From a bacterium (lineage in GTDB: Bacteria > UBA8248 > JACPRG01 > G963555815): a stretch of 64,000 bases of DNA. Where the stretch lies: assembly GCA_965261595.1 (NCBI GenBank), contig CBDHDG010000007.1, positions 1,280,001 to 1,344,000 on the forward strand, given 5' to 3'. Position numbers and translations under genes: made by a program. Positions 52,274 to 61,964 of this stretch are shown here, one piece after another (the stretch's first letter is position 1; every line of letters begins with the position of its first letter). The notes beneath the pieces were generated by a model. It ran no database searches and was not told the origin of the DNA. It saw only the letters and a list, made by a program, of their open reading frames with translations.

Positions 52274-52761
52274 AGAAGCCATACACGGTCCAGTGCGCCC
52301 ATGCGGCGTATTACGGCAACATCGTCACCGTCGAGGCCGATACCCTTGACGAAGCCCTGGACAAGGCGATCCAGGAAACCGACGGCGATGCGGCCGGCTG
52401 ACGTTCCATGGACGACGCCGGCCCGACCTTCGTCGTCGAAGTCCGCGAGGGAACCCACCTCGATCCCTTGGATCGTAAGACCCCGGCGCTTCCCATTCCC
52501 GACCGGTTCACCGAGCAGGGCGAGCCGCCGGTGGTCACCCTTATTGATCCCGGTCAGCCAGGCGGCGGCGCCATCGAGGTTTCCCGGGGCCGGATTCTGC
52601 TTTGCTTCACGACCCGGAACGGAACGGTCACGGGCGAGGTTTCCGATCCGCCCCATCCCCCGGCCAACCACCCCCTCGTCGTCATTCGGCGCCGCGCCGA
52701 CGGCGCGCCCGACGTCACCGTGACCGAGGGCCGGGCCCGGGTCCGCATCCTCTACCCCTGA
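52270..52761 (+). pseudogene. Hypothetical protein with an in-frame TGA at 52399-52401
   Basis: ORFs 52270..52401 and 52408..52761 share a frame. Confidence 0.6.
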
Positions 52762-52854
52762 CCCCGGCTTCCCGCCGCCGGCCGGACGGGCGGAGGCGCT
52801 GGAGCGTCTCTGGCCTCTCCACGTCCGTCCTTCACGTACTGGAGAACCCGACCC

Positions 52855-53256
52855 ATGAAACTCATGACCGAAAAGCAGCGCGAAAAACTGCTCGCCAACG
52901 GCGCCGACCGCGGGGCCGACCGCGGGGCCGACCATGTCCCGGTGGTCAAGCTCTTCAACCCCTGCGGAGCGGGAACGTGGATCGTCACGGAGCTGGATCC
53001 CGAAGAACCCTCCGTGGCTTTCGGACTCGCGGATCTCGGCTTCGGCTTTCCCGAGCTGGGCAGTTTCAGCCTGGAGGAACTGTCCGCCTTCCGGGGCCCC
53101 TTCGGCCTCGGGATCGAGCGGGATCTGCATTTCGAGGGCAAATACAGCCTCGCCACCTACGCCGACGCCGCCCGGGCCGCCGGCCATATCGTCGAGTACG
53201 GTCCCGAGCTCGACGCCGCCGCGCACCGCCGCACCCACGCGGCAGCCGGTGCCTGA
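52855..53256 (+). CDS. DUF2958 family protein
   Basis: PVVKLFNP.GAGTW..TELD...FGLADLG.GFPELG..S..EL...IERDLHF. Confidence 0.9.
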   Translation: MKLMTEKQREKLLANGADRGADRGADHVPVVKLFNPCGAGTWIVTELDPEEPSVAFGLADLGFGFPELGSFSLEELSAFRGPFGLGIERDLHFEGKYSLATYADAARAAGHIVEYGPELDAAAHRRTHAAAGA

Positions 53257-53415
53257 CCCTGGCCTCCCGTCGCCAGCCCACACCGGGATTCAGCGGCGAC
53301 GCGCCTTGCGTCTCTATAAGACGAGCCTGGCCCGGCCGGGTCGATCCGTGAGGCCCGGGGGCGTTTCCCCCCCGCCAGCCCCCGACTTCCAAGACTTCCG
53401 AGGAGAAGACCCCCC

Positions 53416-56400
53416 ATGCCCCACGCCCTGACGGCGGTGGAGGGCGGGCCTGTGAACGCTCGTTCGCACGCCCCCCGGTCCATTCCGTCCATGCCCACGG
53501 CCGCCCTGTTCGCCGCGGCCCAGACCCTGTTGCCTGTACTGACAGCCGGCCGGCCTCTCGACGCGGCCACCCTCCGCCAAGCCATGACCCAGGCCTTCGG
53601 GGCCACCGACGCCGAGGGGGCCTGGGTCTGGAAGGACGCCTACGAGGCCGCCGAAGCGGCCGTCGTGCTCTTCCTGAAGCGCTACGGCCGGGCCATGTGC
53701 CGCCGGGCCGGAGCCGGCGGCCCGCCCGCCATGCTGGCCCTGCTGCAAAAGATCGCGGCCCTGGAGCCCTCCCACACGAAGCGATCCGAGTCCCAGGTCC
53801 GGCTCCAGCAGTTCTCCACGCCCCTGGGCCTCGCCTATGCGGCCTTGCAGGCGGCCGCCATCCGGCCCGGCGACATCGTGCTCGAACCCAGCGCCGGGAC
53901 CGGGATCCTCGCCGTCATGGCCGAGTGCGCCCTCGGGGCCGGCGGCGAAGGCGCGCTCCATCTGAACGAGATCGCCGGGGCCCGGGCCGGCCTCCTGTCC
54001 CGGCTCTTCCCCAAAGCCTCGGTGACCGGGTTCAACGCCGAGGCCATCGCCGACCGTCTCCCGGACGTCCGGCCGACCGTGGTGCTCATGAACCCGCCGT
54101 TCTCCGCGAGTCCGGGGGTGCATCGCATCCGCCATGACGCTGACCTGCGCCACCTGCGCTCGGCCTTCGCCATGCTGGGGCCTGGGGGCCGGCTCGTGGC
54201 CGTCACCTCGGCGGGCTGCATGCCCGGGGACAGCGCCTGGAAGGACGCCTTCGAGCGCCTCGATCCCCCGGCCCGCGTCGTCTTCTCCATGGCCATTGAC
54301 GGCCGGGCCTATGCCAGACGCGGGACCACCTTCGACACCCGCCTGACCGTGCTCGACCGGAGCGGGGACCGCGAGCATGCCGCGATCGATCCCGCGGCCC
54401 GGGCGGACAGCTCCGCCGAGCTCCTCGAAGCCGTCATGGCGGGCGTGCCGGCGCGCCTCGCCACTGGCGCTGTCGAGACCCCGGACACAGCCGCTCCGAT
54501 CCGGGACCTCTTCGGCGACACGGCCCCGGTCAAGTCAAAAGAGCGCACGATCACGGCCAGGCCCGCCCACCGGCCAGCCGAAGACAAGGACCGCCGTCAC
54601 GACTGGGGGCCTGTGTCCGAGCTCGCGTATGCGACGGCCCCGGTCTCCGGCGATGCCCCCGCCGGCTCCGAGACCGCTACCGGCCCCTATGCGCCCTGGA
54701 AGCCGGGCATTGTCCATGTCCCGGGCGCCGTCGTCCATCCCACGCCCCTGGTCCAGTCCGCGGCCATGGCCGCCGTACCGCATCCCGGCCCGTCCTACCG
54801 TCCGGTGCTGCCCGCGCGCGTGGTGACCGACGAGCTCCTGTCCGACGCCCAGATCGAGAGCGTCGTCCTGGCCGGCGAGGCCCACAACCGCCATCTTTCG
54901 GCCCGCTACCGGATCGGCTCGGGCTGGGAGACGGTCCACCGCTGCAATGATGACGGTGGTGACGGTGACGCCACTAACGACGACGGAGAAGTACTCTCCG
55001 AACCCGTGCGCTTCCGCCGCGGCTGGATGCTGGGCGACGGCACGGGATGCGGCAAGGGCCGGCAGGTCGCCGGGTTCCTCCTCGACAACCGGCTCCGCGG
55101 AAGGAAACGGGCCCTGTGGCTGTCGCAGTCCGACAAGCTCGTGGAGGACGCCCGCCGGGACTGGGCCGCCCTCGGGGGGAACGAGGACGATGTGATCCCC
55201 TTGGGCAAGTTCCGCCAGGGAGCGGAGATCCCGCTCCCGGAGGGCATCCTGTTCGCGACCTACGCCACGCTGCGCTCGCCGGCCCGCCAGGGTAAGGCCT
55301 CGAGGCTCGAGCAGATCGTCTCCTGGCTCGCGGGGGGAACGGAAGAAGACCAGCGTCACGCCTTCGACGGCGTGATCGTGTTCGACGAGGCCCACGCCAT
55401 GGCCAACGCGGCCGGCTCCAAGGGAGCGCGCGGGGAGGTCAAGCCCTCGGCCCAGGGACGGGCCGGACTCAGGCTTCAGAACGCACTGCCCGACGCCCGT
55501 GTTCTCTACGTCTCGGCCACCGGGGCCAGCACCGTGCCCGGCCTCTCCTACGCCGGACGCCTCGGCCTCTGGGGAGCGGAGGAGACGCCCTTCGAGACCC
55601 GGGGGGATTTCGTGTCGGCCATGGAGGCGGGAGGCGTCGCCGCCATGGAGGTGGTCGCCCGGGACTTGAAAGCCCTCGGGCTCTACCAAGCCAGGGCCCT
55701 GGCCTATAACGGCGTGGAGATCGACATCCTGCAGCACCCGCTGGCGCCTGAGCAGCGGCGTATCTACGACGCCTATGCAGGCGCCTTCAAGGTGATCCAC
55801 GCCAACCTCCAGGACGCGCTCGAGGCCACCGGCGTCATGCAGGGAGACTCGACCCTGAACAGGAACGCCAAGTCCGCGGCCCTGAGCGCCTTCGAGGGGG
55901 CGAAACAACGCTTTTTCGGCCACCTGCTGACCGGCATGAAGTGCCCGTCCCTGATACGCGCCGTCGAGGCCGATCTCGATGCCGGCCGGTCGGCCGTGAT
56001 CCAGCTCGTGTCCACGGGCGAGGCCCTGATGGAGCGCCGCATCGCCGAGATCCCCGCGTCCGAATGGGACGACCTCTCCATCGATCTCACGCCCAGGGAA
56101 TACGTTCTGGACTTCCTGGCCCACGCCTTCCCGGTGCAGCTCCAGGAGCCCTTCACCGACGAGGAGGGCAACCTCATGAGCCGGCCCGTGTTCGATGAAA
56201 ACGGCAACCCCGTGCTCTGCCAGGAGGCCCTGGCCAAACGCGAGGCCCTGATCGGGAAGCTGGCCTCGCTTCCGCCCGTGCAGTCGGCCCTGGACCGGAT
56301 CATCCACCACTTCGGCCACGAGGCCGTGGCCGAGGTCACGGGCCGGTCCCGCCGGGTGCTCAGGATCGCGGACGGCCGGGGCGAGCGCCTGGCGCTGCGC

Positions 56401-57900
56401 AGCCGGCCCGCCTCCGCAAGCCTGACCGAGACCGCCGCCTTCATGGACGGGGAGAAGAAGATACTCGTCTTCTCCATGGCCGGCGGCACGGGACGCAGCT
56501 ACCATGCCGATCTTGCATGCGGCAACACCGCGCGCCGGGTCCACTACCTGCTTGAGCCCGGCTGGCGGGCCGATCAGGCCATACAGGGGCTGGGCAGGAC
56601 CCACAGGACCCACCAGGCGTCGGCCCCCGTGTTCCGGCCCGTGACCACGGACGTGAAGGGCGAGAGGCGGTTCATCGCCACCATCGCGAGAAGGCTCGAC
56701 TCCCTCGGGGCCATCACCCGGGGCCAGCGGGACTCCCAGACCGCCATGGCCGGCGATGACGCGGCGCTGTTCCGCGAGAGCGACAACCTGGAGAGCCCCT
56801 ACGCCAAGGCGGCGTTGAGAAGGTTCTACATCGCCCTGTGGCGCGGCCGCATCCCGGACTGGTCCCTCAGCCGCTTCGAGGAGGCCACCGGCCTCGCCCT
56901 CACCTGGGAGGGAGCGCTCAAGGACGACCTGCCGCCCATGTCCAGGTTCCTGAACCGCCTGCTGGCGCTGCCCATCGACGAGCAGAACGCGCTCTTCGCC
57001 GAGCTGGAGTCCCTCATCGCGGAGAACGTCGAGCAGGCGATCGAGGCCGGCGCCCATGACATCGGCGTGGAGACCCTGCGGGCCGAATCGCTCGCGGTGG
57101 CCGGCCGCGAGACCCTCTACACCCACCCCGGGACCGGAGCCGCGACCGATCTCGTCGAGATCCTCCTCCGCGACCGGCTGGAGCCGACCCCGGCGGACGC
57201 GGCGCTCGAGATCGGCGCCCTGGGCGGGGACAGCCGGCCTGAACTCGTCGTCAACAGCCGCTCGGGACGGGGGGCCGTTGTCCTGCCCGCGCCGTCCAGG
57301 ATGCTCGACGACGGCGGGGTGCAGGAGCGGGTGCGCCTCCTGCGGCCCACGGCCCGGGAAGCCATGGCCAGGGCCGAGCTCGAGGCCTCGAACTGGCGCA
57401 GGGCCTCGGAGGGGGAGTGGCGTTCCCGCTGGGAGGAGGAGATCGCCGGCCTGCCGACGCATACCGAGTCCCGCTTCTGGCTCGTCACCGGGCTGCTCCT
57501 GCCGATCTGGGACCGGCTCGGAATGGAGAACATGCGCGTGCGCCGGCTGTTGACCGACGCCGGCGAGGCGATGATCGGCCGCGTGCTCGACGCCGAACAG
57601 GTACGGGCCGCGCGCACCTCTTTCGGCCTTGCCGGCGGTCCCGGCATGACCCCCCTCGAGACCTTCGAGGCGGTCATGGGGCGAGGCGCGTCCTTCGGCC
57701 TCGCGAACGGCTGGCGCCTCGCGCGCCGGCGCATCATGGGGGCCGACCGCGTCGAGATAGAGGGTCCCGTTGACGGCGACATCGCCGCGCTCAAGCGCAT
57801 GGGGTGCATCGTCGAGATCGTCTCCTGGCGCTCACGCCTCTTCGTCCCCGACGCCGGCGTGCTCGAACGCGTCATCGAGCGCTGGCCCATCGCGGCCTGA
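53416..57900 (+). CDS. Strawberry-notch family methyltransferase/helicase
   Basis: QQFSTP, LEPSAGTG, NPPF, GDGTGCGKGR, DEAH, SATGA, QGLGRTHRT. Confidence 0.95.
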   Translation: MPHALTAVEGGPVNARSHAPRSIPSMPTAALFAAAQTLLPVLTAGRPLDAATLRQAMTQAFGATDAEGAWVWKDAYEAAEAAVVLFLKRYGRAMCRRAGAGGPPAMLALLQKIAALEPSHTKRSESQVRLQQFSTPLGLAYAALQAAAIRPGDIVLEPSAGTGILAVMAECALGAGGEGALHLNEIAGARAGLLSRLFPKASVTGFNAEAIADRLPDVRPTVVLMNPPFSASPGVHRIRHDADLRHLRSAFAMLGPGGRLVAVTSAGCMPGDSAWKDAFERLDPPARVVFSMAIDGRAYARRGTTFDTRLTVLDRSGDREHAAIDPAARADSSAELLEAVMAGVPARLATGAVETPDTAAPIRDLFGDTAPVKSKERTITARPAHRPAEDKDRRHDWGPVSELAYATAPVSGDAPAGSETATGPYAPWKPGIVHVPGAVVHPTPLVQSAAMAAVPHPGPSYRPVLPARVVTDELLSDAQIESVVLAGEAHNRHLSARYRIGSGWETVHRCNDDGGDGDATNDDGEVLSEPVRFRRGWMLGDGTGCGKGRQVAGFLLDNRLRGRKRALWLSQSDKLVEDARRDWAALGGNEDDVIPLGKFRQGAEIPLPEGILFATYATLRSPARQGKASRLEQIVSWLAGGTEEDQRHAFDGVIVFDEAHAMANAAGSKGARGEVKPSAQGRAGLRLQNALPDARVLYVSATGASTVPGLSYAGRLGLWGAEETPFETRGDFVSAMEAGGVAAMEVVARDLKALGLYQARALAYNGVEIDILQHPLAPEQRRIYDAYAGAFKVIHANLQDALEATGVMQGDSTLNRNAKSAALSAFEGAKQRFFGHLLTGMKCPSLIRAVEADLDAGRSAVIQLVSTGEALMERRIAEIPASEWDDLSIDLTPREYVLDFLAHAFPVQLQEPFTDEEGNLMSRPVFDENGNPVLCQEALAKREALIGKLASLPPVQSALDRIIHHFGHEAVAEVTGRSRRVLRIADGRGERLALRSRPASASLTETAAFMDGEKKILVFSMAGGTGRSYHADLACGNTARRVHYLLEPGWRADQAIQGLGRTHRTHQASAPVFRPVTTDVKGERRFIATIARRLDSLGAITRGQRDSQTAMAGDDAALFRESDNLESPYAKAALRRFYIALWRGRIPDWSLSRFEEATGLALTWEGALKDDLPPMSRFLNRLLALPIDEQNALFAELESLIAENVEQAIEAGAHDIGVETLRAESLAVAGRETLYTHPGTGAATDLVEILLRDRLEPTPADAALEIGALGGDSRPELVVNSRSGRGAVVLPAPSRMLDDGGVQERVRLLRPTAREAMARAELEASNWRRASEGEWRSRWEEEIAGLPTHTESRFWLVTGLLLPIWDRLGMENMRVRRLLTDAGEAMIGRVLDAEQVRAARTSFGLAGGPGMTPLETFEAVMGRGASFGLANGWRLARRRIMGADRVEIEGPVDGDIAALKRMGCIVEIVSWRSRLFVPDAGVLERVIERWPIAA

Positions 57901-58080
57901 GCCTGTCCGTACAGCCGGCCCGCCGTCCGCCCGCGGGGGGGGCCGTTCCACCGCCTTCATCCGTATCGCCGTCCGCCCGGATACGTATCGGCCCGGAGCC
58001 GTCTGGAACCCGTATGGCCGGGGGGGGGGCATCACCCACGCCCCCCGGCACACCGCCGACACCTCACGGGAGACCCGAAC

Positions 58081-58350
58081 ATGACCGCGCACACCCTGCC
58101 GGACAACCCCGACTACGCCTTCTGTCCCGCCTACGGCCTCGCCGACGAGCCGCAGCAGATCCGAATCGTCATCGACGGCATGGCGGGCTACGTTCCCACC
58201 GCCCTGGTCGCGCTCACCCTCGAGGACGCGGAGCGCATCTGCGACCGATTGAACGCTCGCCTCGGACTCTCGCGAAAGGACTGGACCGAACTCGCCGCAC
58301 GGTCCATGCGCGCCGAGAACGGTGCACCGGACAACGAGACCGTGCACTGA
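58081..58350 (+). CDS. Small hypothetical protein
   Basis: GGAGA RBS; globular-like sequence. Confidence 0.65.
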   Translation: MTAHTLPDNPDYAFCPAYGLADEPQQIRIVIDGMAGYVPTALVALTLEDAERICDRLNARLGLSRKDWTELAARSMRAENGAPDNETVH

Positions 58351-58392
58351 GTCGCCCGCCATGCTGCGCAGCCGGCCCGACGTCCTCCGGCC

Positions 58393-58773
58393 TCAACCCC
58401 GCCGCTTGAGCCACCACCACGCCGCCCAGACCGGAAGGCTGAGCACCGCCGCGTAGACGGCGATGGCGACCGGGCCGAGCAGTCCCGCCACCAGCGACGC
58501 CGCCACCGTGACGGCGCCGAGCCCGATCCCCGCCGTCCAGGCGGCGCGCCGGTAGCCCAGCCGCCACAGTCGCCGGCATCCCAGCGCCAGCGGCAGGCCG
58601 CACGGCGCAACCGGCACCAGCGACCCCGCCCACATCAGCGCCATCCACAGCCACATCCCGGGCTCCATCTCCGGCGCGAAGCGCACCGCCGCCGTCGCGA
58701 CCACTCCGGCGGGCAGCCACAGGAGCGCCAGCAGCCAGAAGCCGCGCCGCTTGATGAGTCCCTGGTCGTCCAT
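58393..58773 (-). CDS. Small multi-pass membrane protein
   Basis: About four hydrophobic segments from MDDQGLIK. Confidence 0.6.
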   Translation of the reverse strand: MDDQGLIKRRGFWLLALLWLPAGVVATAAVRFAPEMEPGMWLWMALMWAGSLVPVAPCGLPLALGCRRLWRLGYRRAAWTAGIGLGAVTVAASLVAGLLGPVAIAVYAAVLSLPVWAAWWWLKRRG

Positions 58774-59035
58774 GCGCCTTATCCGACTCGAAACTCGCAC
58801 CGCACGCAAGCCCGAGCGGGTCCGTGTTCGACGACAGCCGGGCGAGGGCGAAGACCGCGCAAGGTCGGCGAGCGGCTGCCGGCGTCCGTCGCGCCCTCTG
58901 AGCTCGCCCAGGGTCCCGTCACCGTCCTTCGAGCCAGAGGGAAGCAAGGGCCGGGCAAACGCCCGGCAGGGAAGAGGGAGACGGTCTCCCGGTCCCGATG
59001 CCGGGAACTGCAATCCCGGAACAGGAGACAAGCCC

Positions 59036-59176
59036 ATGATCGACCAGGACCTCGACCTCGAACTCCCCACAGGTGACGAACTGCTCGCCGAGATCGGCCT
59101 CGACTCTTACACCATCCGCAGGATCCTCACCGAAGCGGTCCATGCCGACACCGGCGAAGGAGAGGAGCTTTTCTAG
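59036..59176 (+). CDS. 46-aa acidic peptide
   Basis: AGGAGA RBS; MIDQDLDLELPTGDELL...EGEELF. Confidence 0.6.
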   Translation: MIDQDLDLELPTGDELLAEIGLDSYTIRRILTEAVHADTGEGEELF

Positions 59177-59266
59177 GGGGTGAACCAAGGGGCCGGAGAG
59201 AGAGGCTCTCCCCCCTTTTTACATCACCCGTTGTCTTCCACACCCTTAACTCTAAGGAGAATGATC

Positions 59267-59692
59267 ATGGCCTTCGGACTCAATCGCGCTGAAGTGATCG
59301 GCCGCCTCGGCGCCGACGTCACCGTCAACCACCTCACCAGCGGCGGACGCGTCGCGAACCTGTCGATCGCCACCGACGAGGGCTACATCGATAAGCAGAC
59401 CGGAGACCGGGTCGACAAGACCGAGTGGCACCGGGTCGTGACCTTCCAGCCCGGGCTGGTGGACATGTTCGAGAAGCACGCGACGAAAGGCCGGCTGGTC
59501 TATGTGGCGGGCAAGCTGCAGACCCGTCGCTGGAAGAAGGACGACGAGGACTCCGACCGGTTCTCGACCGAGATCCTGCTGGTTCCGGGCGGGCGCGTGC
59601 AGTTCCTCGACAAGCCCAACGGCAACGGCGCGCCGGTCGCGGAGGCGGAGACGCCGTCCGCCGAAGCGCCCATCGACGACATCCCGTTCTGA
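59267..59692 (+). CDS. ssb: Single-stranded DNA-binding protein
   Basis: LNRAEVIGRLGAD, TEWHRVV, GKLQTRRW, C-terminal DDIPF. Confidence 0.97.
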   Translation: MAFGLNRAEVIGRLGADVTVNHLTSGGRVANLSIATDEGYIDKQTGDRVDKTEWHRVVTFQPGLVDMFEKHATKGRLVYVAGKLQTRRWKKDDEDSDRFSTEILLVPGGRVQFLDKPNGNGAPVAEAETPSAEAPIDDIPF

Positions 59693-59720
59693 GCGCGCAT
59701 TCCGTTTCCTCCCTCTACCT

Positions 59721-59750
59721 GGGCCGGCGCTTCGCGCGTCGGCCCTTTTT
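59721..59750 (+). terminator. Intrinsic terminator after ssb
   Basis: GGGCCGGCGC-TTCGC-GCGTCGGCCC followed by TTTTT. Confidence 0.75.
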
Positions 59751-59886
59751 CTTGCTGCCCGTTCCGAGACAGCGCCCGTTCGGGCCTCGCGCCAGCGCTG
59801 CGCGCGGCGCTTCGCCCTCCGGCGCCGGCCGGAGGCGGAGGCCGGCCGGTATCGGGCGTTCCCCGTCCATCCAGAGGAGGCCCGTT

Positions 59887-60900
59887 ATGCCGCCCCCATC
59901 GTCCCGTTCCGTATCTCCCGCCGCCGACATCGCCGCCGCGCTCGGCGCGTGCGCCGAGGCCGTCTGCCGGCGTTACCTGCCCCAGGGCAAAAAGCAGGGC
60001 CGGTACTGGGTCGCCGGCGATCTCGAAGGCGCTCGCGGCCGCTCGCTCTTCGTCCGCCTGCACGGTCCCGGCGTCCCCGGCAAGTGGACCGACGCGGCCA
60101 CCGGAGAGCACGGGGACCTGCTCGATCTCGTCCGGCATCGCTCGGGCGCGCCGACGCTTCGCGCGGCGCTCGCCGAGGCCCGCGCCTTCCTCGCCCTGCC
60201 GGCTCCGCCGGCGCCGGGCGAGGGCTACGACGCAACAGAAGCGGCCCGCCGCCTCTGGCGGCGTTGCCGCGCCATCGGCGGCACCCATGCCGAGGCCTAT
60301 CTCCGCGCCCGCGGTCTCGCGCGCTGCCGGTTCCCGGCATTGCGCTTCCATCCCGAGCTTCGCTATCGCGAAGGCTCTTCCCTACGCCGTTTTCCGGCGC
60401 TGGTCGCCGCCGTGACCGGCGACGACGGCGCCATCCAAGGCGTGCAGCGCACCTGGCTCGATTCGCGCTTGCCCGCCAAGGCGGACGTCGCGGCCCCGCG
60501 CAAGGCGCTCGGCCGCATCCACGGACGCGCCGTGTGCTTCGGCAAGCCCGCCGACGGCGCTTCGCTGCTCGTCGGCGAAGGCATCGAGACGGTGCTGTCG
60601 ATCGTCACCGCGGCGCCCGGGGTCATTTCGGCGGCCGCGCTCTCGGCCGGAAGCCTCGGCGCCTTCGCTCCGCCTGGCGGGCTCAAACGGCTCGTCATCG
60701 CCCGCGACAACGATTCCGAGGGGGAGCGGGCCGCCCAACGCCTCGCCCGGCGCTGCGCGCGGGCGGGCGTCGCCGCCCACGTCATCGTCTCCGAATACGG
60801 CGACTTCAACGACGACCTCGTTACCCTCGGACCCCGGGCCCTGGCCCTTCGGCTCGCCGCCCTGTTCCCCGCGCCTCAGCGGGTCGGAGAGAGGGAGTGA
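59887..60900 (+). CDS. TOPRIM-domain primase-like protein of conjugative elements
   Basis: W.D.ATGEHGDLLD, AEAYLRARG, GVQRTWL, VGEGIET, ARDND, DFNDDL. Confidence 0.9.
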   Translation: MPPPSSRSVSPAADIAAALGACAEAVCRRYLPQGKKQGRYWVAGDLEGARGRSLFVRLHGPGVPGKWTDAATGEHGDLLDLVRHRSGAPTLRAALAEARAFLALPAPPAPGEGYDATEAARRLWRRCRAIGGTHAEAYLRARGLARCRFPALRFHPELRYREGSSLRRFPALVAAVTGDDGAIQGVQRTWLDSRLPAKADVAAPRKALGRIHGRAVCFGKPADGASLLVGEGIETVLSIVTAAPGVISAAALSAGSLGAFAPPGGLKRLVIARDNDSEGERAAQRLARRCARAGVAAHVIVSEYGDFNDDLVTLGPRALALRLAALFPAPQRVGERE

Positions 60901-60941
60901 AGAGCGGGGGAGGGGTGAACGGCTCCAAAGGAGAAGAGAGC

Positions 60942-61256
60942 ATGGCGCACATCGTCAATCTCAGGCATGCGCCCACCCTGCGGGCGGCGCTCGACGGCAA
61001 GGCGGAGCACGGCGGGACCGTGCGGATCGACCGCCTCTCTCAATGGGGAAACCGGTTCCGCATCGGCCCGGACGGACCGCGCGATGAAGTGATCGCGCGC
61101 TATCGCGCCGATCTCTGGCGCCGCATTCGCGCCGCCGAGGTCAGGCTCGACGAACTCGCCGCCCTTCACGGCAAGCCGCTGGCCTGCCATGGGCAGGTCC
61201 TCGCCCGCGCCGCGGCATGGGCGGCCTCCGTCCTGGCGGAACGGAGGGGAGAGTGA
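60942..61256 (+). CDS. DUF4326 family protein, possibly with an internal deletion
   Basis: RIDR.SQWGN.F...RDEVIARY...L.GK.LACHGQVL. Confidence 0.8.
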   Translation: MAHIVNLRHAPTLRAALDGKAEHGGTVRIDRLSQWGNRFRIGPDGPRDEVIARYRADLWRRIRAAEVRLDELAALHGKPLACHGQVLARAAAWAASVLAERRGE

Positions 61257-61964
61257 AGCGCGAGAGGGGCGAACGCCGCGAGGAGGGAGAGAGAGGGCCC
61301 CGGGCATCGGCAACACGGAAGGAGAACCGAAATGCAATCCGTTACCTTCAGGAGCATCGCCCGTACGAGTCGAGGGTCTACCACGATGGCAATCTCGCCT
61401 GCGAGGTTGCGGAGCCACTCGTCGATACGCGTCCGTTGCGGTGACGGGCCATGCCGTCTTCGGGCGATCCCTTCGGGCCGGGCTCTCCGCTTCGATTTCC
61501 GCTCCGCTTCGATTTCCGCTTCTATCCCTATCGCCTCCGCTCGCTGGCGCTCGCTGCGCGCTACGCTTGCCGGGCCGGCGCCCGAGACCCGGGTCTCAAT
61601 CCCGGAACCGCACAGGGCGTCCGGGACAGTGGCTAACAATATCCCTCTCGACGTGATGGCCCATTGTCCCACACGTGCTCGCTGCGCCAACCCCGCCTCC
61701 GGCGGGGTCCTCCTCTTCGTTCCGGCCCTGGCTCGCAAGGCTACGGCGCTGAAGCGCCTAGGCGTGGCGAGAAACGCGACCGAGGCTCCGCGCTCCCTGC
61801 GGTCGCTTGTGCGCCCGCACCACTCGCGCCCCTCGCCGCGCCAAGCCTTGCGGCCACGGTGACTTTGCTGCGCGCGCGTGGGCCACTCAACCATCACGTT
61901 CGGAGACTCTCTCCGCACAACGAACCATAACGGTTCTCAACCCTCTACCCGGAAGGAGAGCATC

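Noticed and set aside
52399..52401. In-frame TGA as selenocysteine or recoding
   Set aside because: No redox motif context and no clear SECIS; other genes use TGA as stop. A TGG>TGA nonsense change is simpler.
47526..57462. Long antisense ORFs (753, 712, 975 aa and others)
   Set aside because: Shadows of high-GC sense genes, with no motifs.
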